Virus record (IMG/VR): IMGVR_UViG_2061766007_000176 | From: an uncultured virus (IMG/VR IMGVR_UViG_2061766007_000176) | Lineage: Duplodnaviria; Heunggongvirae; Uroviricota; Caudoviricetes | DNA length: 64,000 nt | Direction: 5' to 3' (one strand) | In this document: positions 12,370 to 24,999 of the stretch, in pieces | How the letters are laid out: each line of letters begins with the position of its first letter | Position numbering within the stretch: position 1 is the stretch's first letter | Program-made: the position numbers and the translations under genes | The notes under the pieces: generated by a model | Database searches by the model: none | What the model was told of the DNA's origin: nothing | Seen by the model: the letters and a program-made list of their open reading frames with translations, nothing else

Positions 12370-12863
12370 TGAGTAAGATTGCTGGTATTTATTGGGATGA
12401 TACCGCGGCAGCGCCAGGTATCTCCCTCTCAGTTTACTTCTCGGGTTGTCATTTCCATTGCCCCGGTTGCCACAACCCTAAAGCACAAAATTTTGATTAT
12501 GGCGAAGAATATACAACTGATATTCGTCAAGAAATAATGGAGAAACTAAAGAAGAATGGAGTAATGAGAACATTATGTATTCTCGGTGGCGAACCCTTAT
12601 GTCCGGAAAATATTGGTGATGTACTTAACCTAATTGGTTGGTGTAAGCAAGATTATCCAGACTTAAAAATATATGTCTGGACCGGATACACTATCGAAGA
12701 GCTTGAAGCGCGCGATGATGCCGATGTGATGGCAGTATTACGTAATATTACCTGCTTAATAGATGGACGCTATGAGCAGGATAAACGCGATACCACTCTT
12801 CCATTAAGAGGGTCTTCAAATCAGCGGATTATAATGATGGAGGATTATTTAAATGGCCGTTAA
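12369..12863 (+). CDS. nrdG: NrdD activase (radical SAM)
   Basis: GCHFHCPGCHN, LGGEP, WTGY, IDGRY, LRGSSNQR. Confidence 0.95.
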   Translation: MSKIAGIYWDDTAAAPGISLSVYFSGCHFHCPGCHNPKAQNFDYGEEYTTDIRQEIMEKLKKNGVMRTLCILGGEPLCPENIGDVLNLIGWCKQDYPDLKIYVWTGYTIEELEARDDADVMAVLRNITCLIDGRYEQDKRDTTLPLRGSSNQRIIMMEDYLNGR

Positions 12864-13416
12864 ATTATCAAGAGCAATATTTGCGGGTATTGCTATCGCA
12901 CTTGGAGGTTGGGCGTTCTTATCGGCGTCCAATCCCCTAATTGGTGCGGTAATATTTGCTTGTGGACTACTTACTGTAAGAATTTATAATTTACATTTAT
13001 TTACCGGTAAAGTTCAGTTTATGCTCACTAAAGAAAATCCTTGGTATTATTATCCTTTAATACTACTAGGTAATTTTTTTGGAGTAGCGCTTATCGCTTG
13101 CCTATCACATATGGTAGTACATGATGTGGCCGCAACAGTTGCCGCGGCTAAAGGTGCTCAAACGATGTCCGCGGCATTAGCTAAAGGAATTGGATGCGGT
13201 ATGTTAATGTCGTTCGCAACATATAAGAATACTCCCCTTTGGGCGACAGTACTTGGAGTAGCCACCTTTATTATAGCTGGATTTAATCACTGTATTGCTG
13301 ACTTCTATTATATGCTAGTTGGCGGTCATTTTAGTGTAAATCTATTACTTACTATTTTAGGAAATATTATTGGCGGACTCCTTTTTAGCGCACAAAGATT
13401 AAAGACTAATACTTGA
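12853..13416 (+). CDS. formate/nitrite transporter (FNT) family channel, short form
   Basis: About 6 hydrophobic helices; LFTG, 'GNFFG', 'GFNHCIAD' and 'GNIIGG' correspond to FNT signature motifs. Confidence 0.8.
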   Translation: MAVKLSRAIFAGIAIALGGWAFLSASNPLIGAVIFACGLLTVRIYNLHLFTGKVQFMLTKENPWYYYPLILLGNFFGVALIACLSHMVVHDVAATVAAAKGAQTMSAALAKGIGCGMLMSFATYKNTPLWATVLGVATFIIAGFNHCIADFYYMLVGGHFSVNLLLTILGNIIGGLLFSAQRLKTNT

Positions 13417-13441
13417 CATTTTTCAAAAAATCTGTTATAAT
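13413..13441 (+). promoter_or_regulatory. consensus sigma70/sigmaA promoter
   Basis: TTGACA-17 nt-TATAAT with extended -10 TG. Confidence 0.85.
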
Positions 13442-13470
13442 AAGGTATCAAGAAAAATAGTGGTGATAAA

Positions 13471-14469
13471 ATGATATACGCTATAATTGGATGCCTTATT
13501 ATAATAGGATTTTTAGGATACAAACTTTACCAAAAATAGACGCTTGATACTAAAGAGCGCGACAAGTTAAAAGATGAGGTTAGGGATTTACGAAATTTAC
13601 GGCAGTATGCTGAAGAAGATTTAAAACTTGCTAAAGAAAAAACGCAAGACGAGAAAACTAAACTTGATGAATGGCGCATAGAGTTATAGAAAGTTTAGAT
13701 AGCTTATAATGATTTAGTTGATAATCGTATGAAAGATTTAGACGAAATCATTGAAGATACTACCAAACGTCGTTTAGAATAGCTTAAAGAAGTTTGTGAG
13801 GAAGCTAAATCTAAATATGATTTATAGTTAAAAGAGTATGAAACTAAGCGAATGTAGCGAACCAAAGATGTTGAAGATTCATGTATTGAAGCAGAAAATC
13901 GGTACTTTGAAGAATGTAATAAAATTAAAGCCGATACAGAATATATGCGGCAATAGTATGAGGCATTACTTGAACCTATTAAATAGTATCTTAAAGATAA
14001 ATAGGAAAAATACTTCTACACAATATAGTTACCAGAAGAATTTCAAGATGATATTGAATTCTTACTTACAACTGTTGCTGCGAAGGTATAGCATCCAGAC
14101 ATAATTTCAAAATTAGTTTGGGCAGAATATGTAAAGCCGAATCTTGATAATACTTTCAAACGTATCGAGATACAATCAGCACCAGGAATCTATAAGCTGA
14201 CCAGTTTGGAAAATGGAATGGCGTACATTGGTAAAAGTACCGATGTAAAGAAACGAATCGCAGACCACTTCAAATCAAGTATTGGAATCCGCAGTATCGC
14301 TGATCAAGCAGTACATCATGCAATACTTAAAGAAGGATTTTGGAATTGGTCAATTGAAATAATTACTTATGCTGAAAAAGAGAAATTAAATGAACTTGAA
14401 AAATACTATATCGAGTTCTTTAAGACGTAGGATTTTGGGTATAATAAGACAGGTGGCGGTGGAGGATAA
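13471..14469 (+). CDS. membrane-anchored coiled-coil protein with C-terminal GIY-YIG nuclease domain (many TAG read-throughs)
   Basis: MIYAIIGCLIIIGFLGY TM helix, charged coiled coil, then PGIYKLT...AYIGKS..KRIADH...E..YI...GYN; single frame if TAG is sense; TAA at 14467. Confidence 0.8.
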
Positions 14470-14470
14470 T

Positions 14471-14875
14471 ATGTCAGAGATTAATGAAGTAAAAGAACCT
14501 ACAACTGAAATAACTGAAGCTCCTACAAAAGAGGAATTAATTAAACGGTATGCGGAAATTCAGCAGATTACTGAATCTGAAGCAAATGAACAAGTCGGCG
14601 CGGATACAATAGAGGAAATATTAAAAAATATTGAAAATAAAACTCTTGAAAAAATTCGTGCCACTCAGCCGCCAATGAATCGCGCGCAAAGACGTGCATT
14701 AAAGAAAAAGGTTGGCGCGAAAAAGTATGCTGAGATGATGGCCGATAGTGGTAATGTGGTTGAGACAGTAGCCGAAACCGCAAAGAAACTTAACTATGTA
14801 GACTTAATTCAAAAATTAAGAAAATTAAATGAGGAGAAAGAGAAAAATGGCGAGACAATTGATAAAGACGACTGA
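14471..14875 (+). CDS. hypothetical protein
   Basis: RBS ggagga, ATG 14471; contains the 'MNRAQRR' motif. Confidence 0.7.
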   Translation: MSEINEVKEPTTEITEAPTKEELIKRYAEIQQITESEANEQVGADTIEEILKNIENKTLEKIRATQPPMNRAQRRALKKKVGAKKYAEMMADSGNVVETVAETAKKLNYVDLIQKLRKLNEEKEKNGETIDKDD

Positions 14876-15053
14876 TGTGTGGCTTGTAGATACTGAAGAA
14901 GCCGCGATGGAAATGATTGAAGACGCAAAGGAGAAGCAGGCTGAAGGCGGTTACACTGTAACTAAGTCTGGATATACTGCAAAACCAAAGAAGTCTAAAG
15001 GCGTGGTTGAATATATTGAATATAAAGTAACCATTGAACGGACTTTTGAGTAA
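14847..15053 (+). CDS. hypothetical protein
   Basis: RBS and ORF MARQLIKTT..., ends TAA. Confidence 0.65.
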   Translation: MARQLIKTTDVWLVDTEEAAMEMIEDAKEKQAEGGYTVTKSGYTAKPKKSKGVVEYIEYKVTIERTFE

Positions 15054-15056
15054 GAG

Positions 15057-15845
15057 GTGTTTTATATGAATGAACTACAAAATTTAATTGATTCTATTAA
15101 AAAATTAACCGATCTTGATGATGAGATATTTAATGAAGAAGCTATGAAGTCATTAAAAGATAGTATAGATGAACAATTTAGTCCAGAAATTATTAATCAA
15201 CTTATTAATCAAATGATTCAAAACTTCGAAGATCAAGAACTAACTAAAGAGGAGGCTATGGCGGCTGTTGCGGCAATAATAGAAACTGTTACTAATATGA
15301 TTTATGGAGAAAATAATTTTGAAGGAAATAAAAAAATATTAATAGATCAAGTAATAGATAGAACATTTGAAATTTTTAATGCCGCAGCTGAAAAATATCA
15401 TTCTTATTCTATCGAACTACCAATGACGGTAGATGTTGAGAGTGGAGCAAAAGTTCCTACTTATGCTCATGATACAGATGCCGCAGCGGATCTATATGCG
15501 ATGGATGAGGTAATTATTCCAGCTCATTCATATGGAAATAAACTTAGAACTGGAGTAAAAATTCAATTACCGGAAGGTTGGCTAGCATTTATTCTTCCTC
15601 GTTCTAGTATTGGTGCAAAAACGCCATTACGTTTAAGCAATAGTGTAGGACTAATTGATAGCGGTTATCGTGGAGAGCTTGGTGTCCTATATGATAATAC
15701 TTCTGATAATGACTATCAAGTAAACGCTGGAGATAGAATTGCTCAGCTACTAGTAATGCCAAGTTATAGATTTAAGGCAAAGGTTGTAGATATCCTTGCT
15801 GATTCAGACCGTGGAGAAGGCGGGTTTGGCGCCAGTGGTAAGTGA
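15057..15845 (+). CDS. dut: trimeric dUTPase with an acidic N-terminal extension of about 120 aa
   Basis: Motifs AAADL, PRSSIG, GLIDSGYRGE, GDRIAQL, RGEGGFGASG. Confidence 0.92.
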   Translation: MFYMNELQNLIDSIKKLTDLDDEIFNEEAMKSLKDSIDEQFSPEIINQLINQMIQNFEDQELTKEEAMAAVAAIIETVTNMIYGENNFEGNKKILIDQVIDRTFEIFNAAAEKYHSYSIELPMTVDVESGAKVPTYAHDTDAAADLYAMDEVIIPAHSYGNKLRTGVKIQLPEGWLAFILPRSSIGAKTPLRLSNSVGLIDSGYRGELGVLYDNTSDNDYQVNAGDRIAQLLVMPSYRFKAKVVDILADSDRGEGGFGASGK

Positions 15846-16597
15846 TGGGAACCATCAATATATATGGTGTAAAAAACGCATTAGAGGCTGAAGGTTGGTA
15901 GCTAGTAAGTGAAGTTTATAAGAATCTCAAAACTCCTTTAGAAATGAAATGCCCAGAAGGTCATTTACAATCATAGACATTTGACCAATGGCGTAAACAT
16001 AAAATATGTGATGCTTGTATGGCAGGCGATCCTTATAAAGTAAAAAAAAATAAAGTACCCGCCAAAGGTACAGAAACATATCGTATACTCGCATTAGATG
16101 CAGCAACAAATGTTACAGGGTATGCGATATATGATGATAAAGTGCTTGTAAGTTTTGGAACATTTAAAACCAATTCTTCTTATGAAGCAACAGAACGTAT
16201 AAATCAAGTAAAAGGTTGGTTAAGAGCTGCACTACGTGCTTGGGTGCCAGATTTTGTGGGAATAGAGAATATTCAATTACAAAAATATGGCACGAAAGCT
16301 ACAGATGTTCAAGTAAAAACGTTTCAAACACTTGCAAATCTACAAGGTGTAATACTTGATACATTATTTGAAGCAAAACTTGAACATGATTTAGTTCGTC
16401 CTAGTGAATGGCGCTCATACTGCGGTATAAATGATGGCGAACAAGACCGTGGCGCAAAAAAGAAACAAGCACAGGCAAAAGCAAAAGTATGGTATAATAT
16501 GGATTGTACGGAAGATGAGGCTGATGCAATTTGTATTGGTAAGTATTTTTGTGGGAAAATTAAATCCAATAAAGTTACATGGGGTGAAGATATATGA
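15845..16597 (+). CDS. RuvC-like Holliday junction resolvase with N-terminal Zn-binding domain (TAG read through)
   Basis: CPEGH..CDAC N-terminus joined in frame across two TAGs; ILALDAAT..TGYA, GIE, EDEADAICIG. Confidence 0.85.
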
Positions 16598-16983
16598 TTA
16601 AGTTAAAGATTTCCGACTTAATCTCAAGCGTAGAAACATTACAGAAATTATCGCAGAAAGATTTTAAGGCTAAGTTAGCTTGGTCTATCGCAAGATTATT
16701 GCGTGCAGCAGAAGCAGAAATATAGAGCTTTAATGAAACTCGTCTTAATTTGATTAGAAAGTATGGCGAGAAAGATGAAAATGGTGAATTAGTTGTTGAT
16801 GATAAGGGAAATTGTAAAATCGCGCCAGATTCGGCTGAACAATTTTCAAAAGAATTAAATGAACTGGTAGATTCGGAGATAGAAATTAATGCAAATAAGA
16901 TTGATATTGAATTATTTGAAGATACTAATTTTACTCCGTATGAAATGTCAGTACTTGAGCCATTTATTGAAATGGATGAATGA
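16594..16983 (+). CDS. conserved phage protein (DUF1617-like), one TAG read through
   Basis: KLAWSIAR...LIRKYGEKDENG pattern; in frame with ORF 16750. Confidence 0.65.
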
Positions 16984-16988
16984 GATAA

Positions 16989-17031
16989 TAAAAAAGAATG
17001 CCCGGGCTTTATGCCCGGGCTTATTTTTTTT
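16989..17031. terminator. bidirectional intrinsic terminator between the convergent gene blocks
   Basis: A-tract, GCCCGGGC-tttat-GCCCGGGC, T-tract. Confidence 0.85.
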
Positions 17032-20000
17032 ATCCTTTTGTCGTTGCAGTTGGAGTAAAGCTAGAGGTAGATCCACTACCTATGCCACCGCCACCTTGCG
17101 GAACTGTTCCGCCAAGAATAGAACCAATTGTCGGCATATCTAAATCTTCATTTGGATCAACAACAACATTATGAACTACAATATCTTCTACTAAAAATGT
17201 ATGATATTGATCAATCGAGCAATGATATACAGTTTCATCCTATAAATCATCTCTATATTTAATTTGTTCAATATAAATATGCTCATTTTGATTATTAATT
17301 AATTCGTCATGTTCTTGTAATAATCCAACATTCATATGATGATCATATTTAGCTGCTTCAATATTTAATGCTTTCCACCCATCTGTAGTTAAGAATGGAT
17401 GACTATGAGTAACTGTAATAATTTTACCAGAAGATAAATATAAATCATAAATACAATTTCTATGTTTAAATCTTTGCATAACACCAACTTCGCCTGGAAC
17501 AAATGTTCCTGTTGTTTCATCATAAGCAAGAATTTCTGTTCCTACTGTAATAGACTCAATTGGAATTTTTGTTCCATCTGGTAAATTAACTAAAGTGCCA
17601 GCAACAAAACAACCAGATGCAGTTTCTGCTCGTAAAACTGCATTATATAATCTCTGTCCGTCAATTTTAACCCATTTATAAACTGTCTATCCATTCGCAG
17701 TACCTTGTATCCAAAAATAAAATTCTCCTACATAACCACTCCAGTCTTCTGTACTATATTCATCTGAATATAATGAAGATGGACCGTTCCCTATACATAG
17801 AGTTTTAATATAGGTTTCACCATTTCTCATAACTCTAAATGGCGCCCAACCTATACCCTTTTTGCTATCAACGCCATTAACTGGTCCTGGTGTCTAAAAT
17901 AAACTATATCCTGGCGCATCTTCTGGCCAATCGGCGCCAGCGTACAGATACCATTTATTTAAATTAATATATTGATTACCACCTGTAACATTGTAAGAAC
18001 TAGTACCAGGGCCTACGAATGTTACACGTGTAATTCTATTACCACCTGTTAATAAAGTAGATACGTGTTGTACTGTTCCACTTTCATGCGTTTTTAAATC
18101 ATCACCAACTTTCCAAGCACCAATTGAACCACCTGTTGCAGTAACATTACCCTTTACTATTAATCCATTAGTACTATCATATGTTAATAAATTATTATTA
18201 GAACCGACCGATAAGGTCGTAGCCGTAATACCACCGCTTATTGATAATACTGAATTATTATACTACAATTTATTAGTTCCAGTACCAATAACTAATCCAT
18301 TAGTAGAATCATATGTCATAATAGAGCCGCTACCAACAGCTAAACTAGTAGCAGTAATTGCACCCTATATTTCTAATCCATTAGTTAATGAATATTTAAT
18401 ATATTTATCAGTAGAAGTGGTGCCACCAGAACCAACATAAAATATCGCATTTGTACTTTGAGCATCTGGATTAACTTTAAAATTAGTAGTATTCATTATA
18501 AATTTACCATTAGTATTAATATTAATACTACCGCCTGAACCAATAACAATTCCGCTACCGGCAATAGTGACAAATGTTCCTGCACTACCTTCTGGATTCG
18601 TACCCGCACCGACTTTTATACCGTTATTATCCATAATAATAACAGAACGTGTATTATTAGAACCAACAGCTAAACCTATTTTATCTTTTTTAATTTCTAC
18701 ACCAGCTAAAGAACCATTTATTGTAATACCATTTGAAGCTATACTACTAACATTACTAACGGCGCTTGAGCTACCTACAACACCGGCCGTTAAAATAATA
18801 TAATCTGTAGTAAGTTCTACTGCTGTAGCATCATTTTTATTTACATTATGCATACCAAAGAAAATATGAGCCGGACTAATTTCCACATTAGCTACAGTAC
18901 CTACATTACCATCAGCAAACATACTAATCTTGTTACTCGAACCAAGCCATATACCATCTTCTGGATCTAATTTAATTGCCGATACTGAAGTAAGTGTATT
19001 ATTAACAGTTTTTCCTACGGCCATTTCTATTGTACTACCAAACATACTAATAGTTTCTGGATGAATGAGAACTTTTGATACTAAAGCCTCAGTATCATAA
19101 CCAATTGCTATAATATTAATTCCACCACAATCATTAGCCAATGCACTTGTGGATCCAATATTAATAGTAGTACCGCCAATATTTACGCTTCTATTACCAA
19201 CAATACTTATATCTTCACCACTAAGTCTTAAAAGGTTCCCAGATCCTATATATAATTCATTTTCAGCAGTAATAGAAATCTTACCTTCTGCAACATTAAT
19301 ATCCATCCCCGCGCCGCGAATCTAACCTAAACCACCATTATAAGTTTCCATCCAACTACAACCATCAATAGTATTAGATGAGTCAGCAACCGCTATATAT
19401 CTTGCTTCCTCCGTATTCTAATTATTTATCTAAATCCAGATATCACCCTTTTTAAATATTTGTGGTGCTTCGGCTTGACGGAATACACTAGGAACGAGAT
19501 TATTCTAAACTTTAATTGCAAAATCAGATAGAATACTAGAATTCTATAAGGTTAAAGCCTAATTCTAATTTAAAGTCTAATTAGCATCACTTAAAATTGT
19601 GCCTGCTTCATAAAATAATGAAGATAAAAAATCTTGAACACCCTCACTTGTAGTAATATATTCATCCAAAAACTAATAAACCACAGGTTGAGCAGATTCT
19701 AAACTAGCAGCTGTACTTTCTGGAGGTAAGCTATATGTTCCTCCAGCGAGTGAAGATAATAATCCTTCACTCTATTTCATTGCTTCTGATGAGGCTACAA
19801 TCGTACTAAATAAATCTTCAAATTTAGTCTTATAGTTTTTAATTTCAATAGAATCGTTGGTTGGGAAATCCAAATCTAAATCAAGTTTAGAAATATATCC
19901 AAATACATTTTCAAACTTTAATTGTACATCATTAATCATAACCAACCAATTAAGTTTCGTATGCAGCATTCTTAGTACATCTTTATTTAATATATTGGGA

Positions 20001-23000
20001 TCTACTATATAAGAAACTTTAGGAACGGCATTTTCATCTGATACTTTAAGCGCATCTACATAAATTGAAGTGCTAGCATTAGAAAGAATATAATTAATGC
20101 GTATCTTTCCATTAAATACCGCTGTTTTACATATATATATTGGTTTAATTGTAATTAAATATTCAGGCGCATAAGTACCAGCTTCAATATGACGATTACG
20201 AATATAATAATTTTCATATTCTTCCAATAATGTTCCATTATATCTAATATATAAGTCACTTGAACTAGTTTTTAACATAAGTGAAGAGAACTTAATACGT
20301 GGAAATACTGTTTCATATTGATCTTCCACAGACGTATCTATCCACTAATCAGTAATATTTATTACACTATTAGTATCAATTTTTAATTTTTTATTAAATT
20401 CAGTACTATTATCAGTATCTGTAATAATTTTTCCTAATCTTGGATGACCTTCAGCAGAATTACACATAAATGCTATCTAATCATCTGGCATATTCTTCGC
20501 GCCAACAAGAATTAAAACAGGAATTATCTTATCATCTGTAGTATCACGAATAAAACCGACAAGCGCCTCAGAACCTACTGAAAAACTACGTGTATATCTT
20601 ACTTCATTCATTTGTTCTGAAGTAATGGTCATATAATAATTATTATTAAAAATAAAACTATAATTCTCTATATCAGCCAATACAGAAGAACTTAATCCAG
20701 ATAATTTAATCATAGGATAAGCAACTTTAACACTGTTAATACTTCTATAATAAAAAGCATCCTGCTCTTCTTCAAATAATTTATTATCCCAACCAACAGC
20801 GAATGAATTACCGCTATCTAATAATTTAAAACTAATATCAAAAGTCGTAGGTAGTCTTTTAGTATTTTCATACAACTCACCATAATCAGCATAATCTTCT
20901 GGCTGCCAATATCCTTCTCTTAGCGCCGGCCCCATTAAATTTTCAAAATCTTTAATAGTGTGCTGTTTCAGAGATAATAGATCATCATAATCATTTTGAG
21001 CTTCTTCTAATAAATGAATTATACCCTTAGTATCATCATTTAATCTATCTTGTAATATTTCTAATTGTTCCTAATCATTCGCGCATTTTTCAATCCAAGT
21101 TTGTGCTACGGCCTCATAATATACTTTTGGCTCATATGAATAAGTTAAATAAACACTGCTTGAATTATTATATGGTTCTACCCCATAAATACGTGATGGA
21201 TTTCCATAATCATCACATTTAAAATTAAATCCACTTAATTCATTAGCAACCTATGGATCAGAATTGGGTATATATTCAGGGAATGAATGATTTCCACTAT
21301 TATAATATCTATATATTTTTACACTATCACAACGAATACCCTTTTTTCTATTATCTAAGTTAATACAATAATTATTATTTTCATCATGCGTAATAATAGT
21401 AAATTCTGGATTATATTCATTATGTGAATCTATATATTCATCTTCAGTACCATCGGCACTAGTTAATCTTGTAACATAGTCCTAATTATATTCTATATTC
21501 TCCTTATCTAAGGCAACTGATTTTTCATAAAATGCTATTTTTGCCTCTAACTCAGTTTTTTCAGTTGTATAAAAACTAATCTTATTTTCTAGAGGATATA
21601 ATTCAGAATTGATACGATGCATTTCTATTTCAAAATCTTCTATAGCTTTAATCTATTCCTCGGTTATATTTCCAGTTTCTTTTAAATAATTAAAATTGAG
21701 AATATAATCTTCTTGTGTTCTATTCGCCGCGCAATACCGTATATTCATATCTCCAAGCAGAGTTGAATAATCTTCAGCAGAACGAACAAATAATTTAGTT
21801 GTAATATCTGTACTATCCATTTCTCTACTAATTCTTGAAGAAGAATATGGATATGTAAGGCTCATAATATCATCATCGTGTAAATAATTATTAAAGAAAA
21901 TAATTTTACGCGCGATAATATTATAATTTATATCATATTCATATACATAACGACAATAAATTTCAAATTTTTCAGCGATTGTCTAAGTAATATTATAAAT
22001 ATTACTTTCTTTTGCCTCTATTGCTCTTTCTTTTTCTCTATAATTTTCAAAAGAGCCAGCTTCTAATTTTCCTGTATTACTATTAATCGTCCAATCAGTA
22101 GCAAAAGGTTCTTCATATACACAATTACTACTACGATTTAAATTATCAGAAAATGAATCATAATTCATTTGAATTTCATAATACCATTGTAAAGGATCTA
22201 TATCTTTTTCACTCATAGGAGTCGGCTTTAAACCAATTTTATCGCACCAAAATTGAACATTTTCGCGCGGGCGCGAAATCTCAACTCCACCAGCTTCTTG
22301 CCATTCTTTATATGCCAACTCATAATCCGCGACAGATAAATCATAAATGTAACCACGCTTACCCAATTCTTGGAAAGCTAAACCATCACAAGTAACTTCA
22401 CAAGTTAAAATATCTCTCTCATGAGTTTCATTAATTTTTGTAATTAAAAATTCAAAGGTATTAATAGAACGTAGATACTTTTTATAATATTTATATGTGG
22501 GCGTCGCGAATGTAATATTATTCGTATTACTTAACATTTCGCACGATGCTCGTATCTAATCCCATTCCTTCTATTTACTATATAATTCTTGCTACCAATT
22601 AGATATATCATAACCAATCGGGAAAATACTTAAAATCTATTTATTCTAATTTCTATCATTAGCCAGCCACTATTCCATAGAGGTTGAAGAACTAATAATG
22701 CTATTTAAATAAGTAGTCATATAAGTATCATTTTTTACACTACCATCTTCCTATATTGGAGTATATATAACTTTATATTCTATTTCATTAACATCAGTAT
22801 AAACTTTATAAGCAGAATAAACAGTAGCATAATCACCCACAACATCAGTATATCCCACGGCGGTAATATTAGATACTGGAACTACAGGCCTATTAAATAA
22901 ATTTACATTGCCGTTATAATTATAGGGCATATAAACTTTATAAAATTCCTTCTTCCAATCAATAATAGCAGGATTAAATTCATTTTTATTAAATATAACT

Positions 23001-23257
23001 TTAATCTTCCTCATATCCACAGCGATATTACCATTTCTTGTATTATACCAAATTGGATTTTCAACCAATTTATTATTCTAATATAGATACATTGGAATAG
23101 AGAAAGTAAAATTACGAGTTCCATCAACATCTAATGTTAATTTAGGATTTTCAATTTCTCCTTTTTGCTCTAAGTTGGGCCACTTTAGGACGGTTATAAA
23201 CTCGTCCTAAAGCGTCCAAATAGAGACTTCATAATTACGAATTGCTTCAGTAACCAT
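17030..23257 (-). CDS. large tail tip/spike protein (~2075 aa) with Gly/Ser/Thr-rich beta-repeat region and C-terminal Hint domain
   Basis: RBS aggaggag and ATG 23257; seven ORF-track fragments (23068, 22537, 21865, 20935, 20329, 19306, 17479) share one frame and are separated by TAGs; lies after the Dit-like gene. Confidence 0.8.
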
Positions 23258-23278
23258 ATAATCTCCTCCTTTGACTCA

Positions 23279-24991
23279 TTATAAGTACATATACTTATAT
23301 ACAATCTATAAATTCTTAATTGCTACGCTTAAATCATGATATATTCTATGAGAATATTTATGTCCAGCTTCAGTATCTTGCCAACATACGATTTTACCAT
23401 ATTCATTAGGATAATTGCGCTCTTTAATAATAATATTATTTGACATGAGCATATCACCAATATCTTCAGTAGCATTTACAATATTACTATTACTTATAGT
23501 AGAATTGGATAAATTAAAAGCTTGAGTAGGTTCACGATAAATAAATTCTCCAATTGCTTCCCCCGTTTTACTATTAAAACTAAACTACATTTCAGTAAAA
23601 TTATTAGAATTATTTTTAAAAAATTCTTCCATTCTACTAGCTATTTTAGCTTTAGTTAAAGTTCCACCATTTTCAACAGCTGTTAATATAGCATTAGCCC
23701 ATTTCCTAACTGCTGGATGTCGAACTTTTTTAATTATTTCATCCCTCATATCTAATGTCGTAGCTGAAGCAATGCGTCCATCCTATAAAATTTTAACCGC
23801 AGTATTATAACTAGTAATAAGATTTGGCGTTGTAAATGATAATTTCTATTTTTCTATTGATTCGATTGTAATCATATTATATGGTGTATTTTCATTAATA
23901 AAAGTATTATTAATAGCTGTAAATATTCCAGAAGAATTAAATTCTGGTGTAAGACTAAAAGAAATAATAGTTGGAGACGGCGCCGTACCAGCATAGAAAA
24001 AATAAGCATTTGTTGATGAGGCTAAAGAAGAAATACCTTCACCACTTACATCAACTATTGCACCTGCAATTTTGCCAATATATTCTCCGACGTCATATTC
24101 ACTAGGTGGATCTTCACTACCTGTAATAGTACCATGAATACGTGCGCCAACATTTTCACTGCTATCCCAAATTAACCCACTTGTATTATTTTCAACATTA
24201 GCATATGCTCTATTGCCTAATAACATATTATTATTAATCATACTACCAAGAGGAATACCATCTTCATATAATATTTTTAAAGCATCCTATGAAGCAAAAA
24301 TTTCTACTTCCTATCCATTAGCATCAATCCACCAGTCCACATAACGAGTAATTGTCTAATTATTAGAACCCTCTTCTTCGATTTTTTTACCCAATACATT
24401 ATCAAGAGCATACCAATGCGGTTCATCCATTACTAATTTTAAAGTAATATCACCTTTAAATAATGTTGTAGTAACCTAGCGTTCTACTCCACTAACAATA
24501 AAAGATGTATGGCCTTCAAATGGTAATAATGAAAGTTGCGGTGGCTCTGATACGCGAGCCATCTGCGCGCGATTAGGATGTTCTGCGAGAATTAATTCAC
24601 GATGAATTCCTGCCGAAAACCAATGTAAAAATTCATCAAGTTTCTTCTGATCAATACCATCAGTTGATAATTGAAAAGTTAAAGTATTTGTCTTATAATG
24701 AGTACTCCAATAATATTGGCCATCCAAATTATCATAATCACTAGTATTATCATTAAAAGAACTATATCCTTCTCTTTCCCATCTATCACCACTAATAGTG
24801 GCAATTAAGTCAAAGTCTTCAATATGTTTTCCACCATAAGAAAAACTAATAAAAGATCGATTCATAAAGGGCAGACGATTTTCACCCAAATGTGTTGCTT
24901 GATATACCTAACTATAACGCTGGGTATAAGTGGAGGAGCCAGGGGCACTGGCTCCATCCACATAACCATAATCTCTATAAATTTCACTCAT
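23279..24991 (-). CDS. distal tail (Dit)/baseplate-like protein (~570 aa, TAG read through)
   Basis: 'SFISFSYGGKHIEDF...DGQYYW' Dit-like N-terminus; directly follows the tape measure gene; ORFs 24889 and 24241 share the frame. Confidence 0.7.
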
Positions 24992-24999
24992 AACTCATT

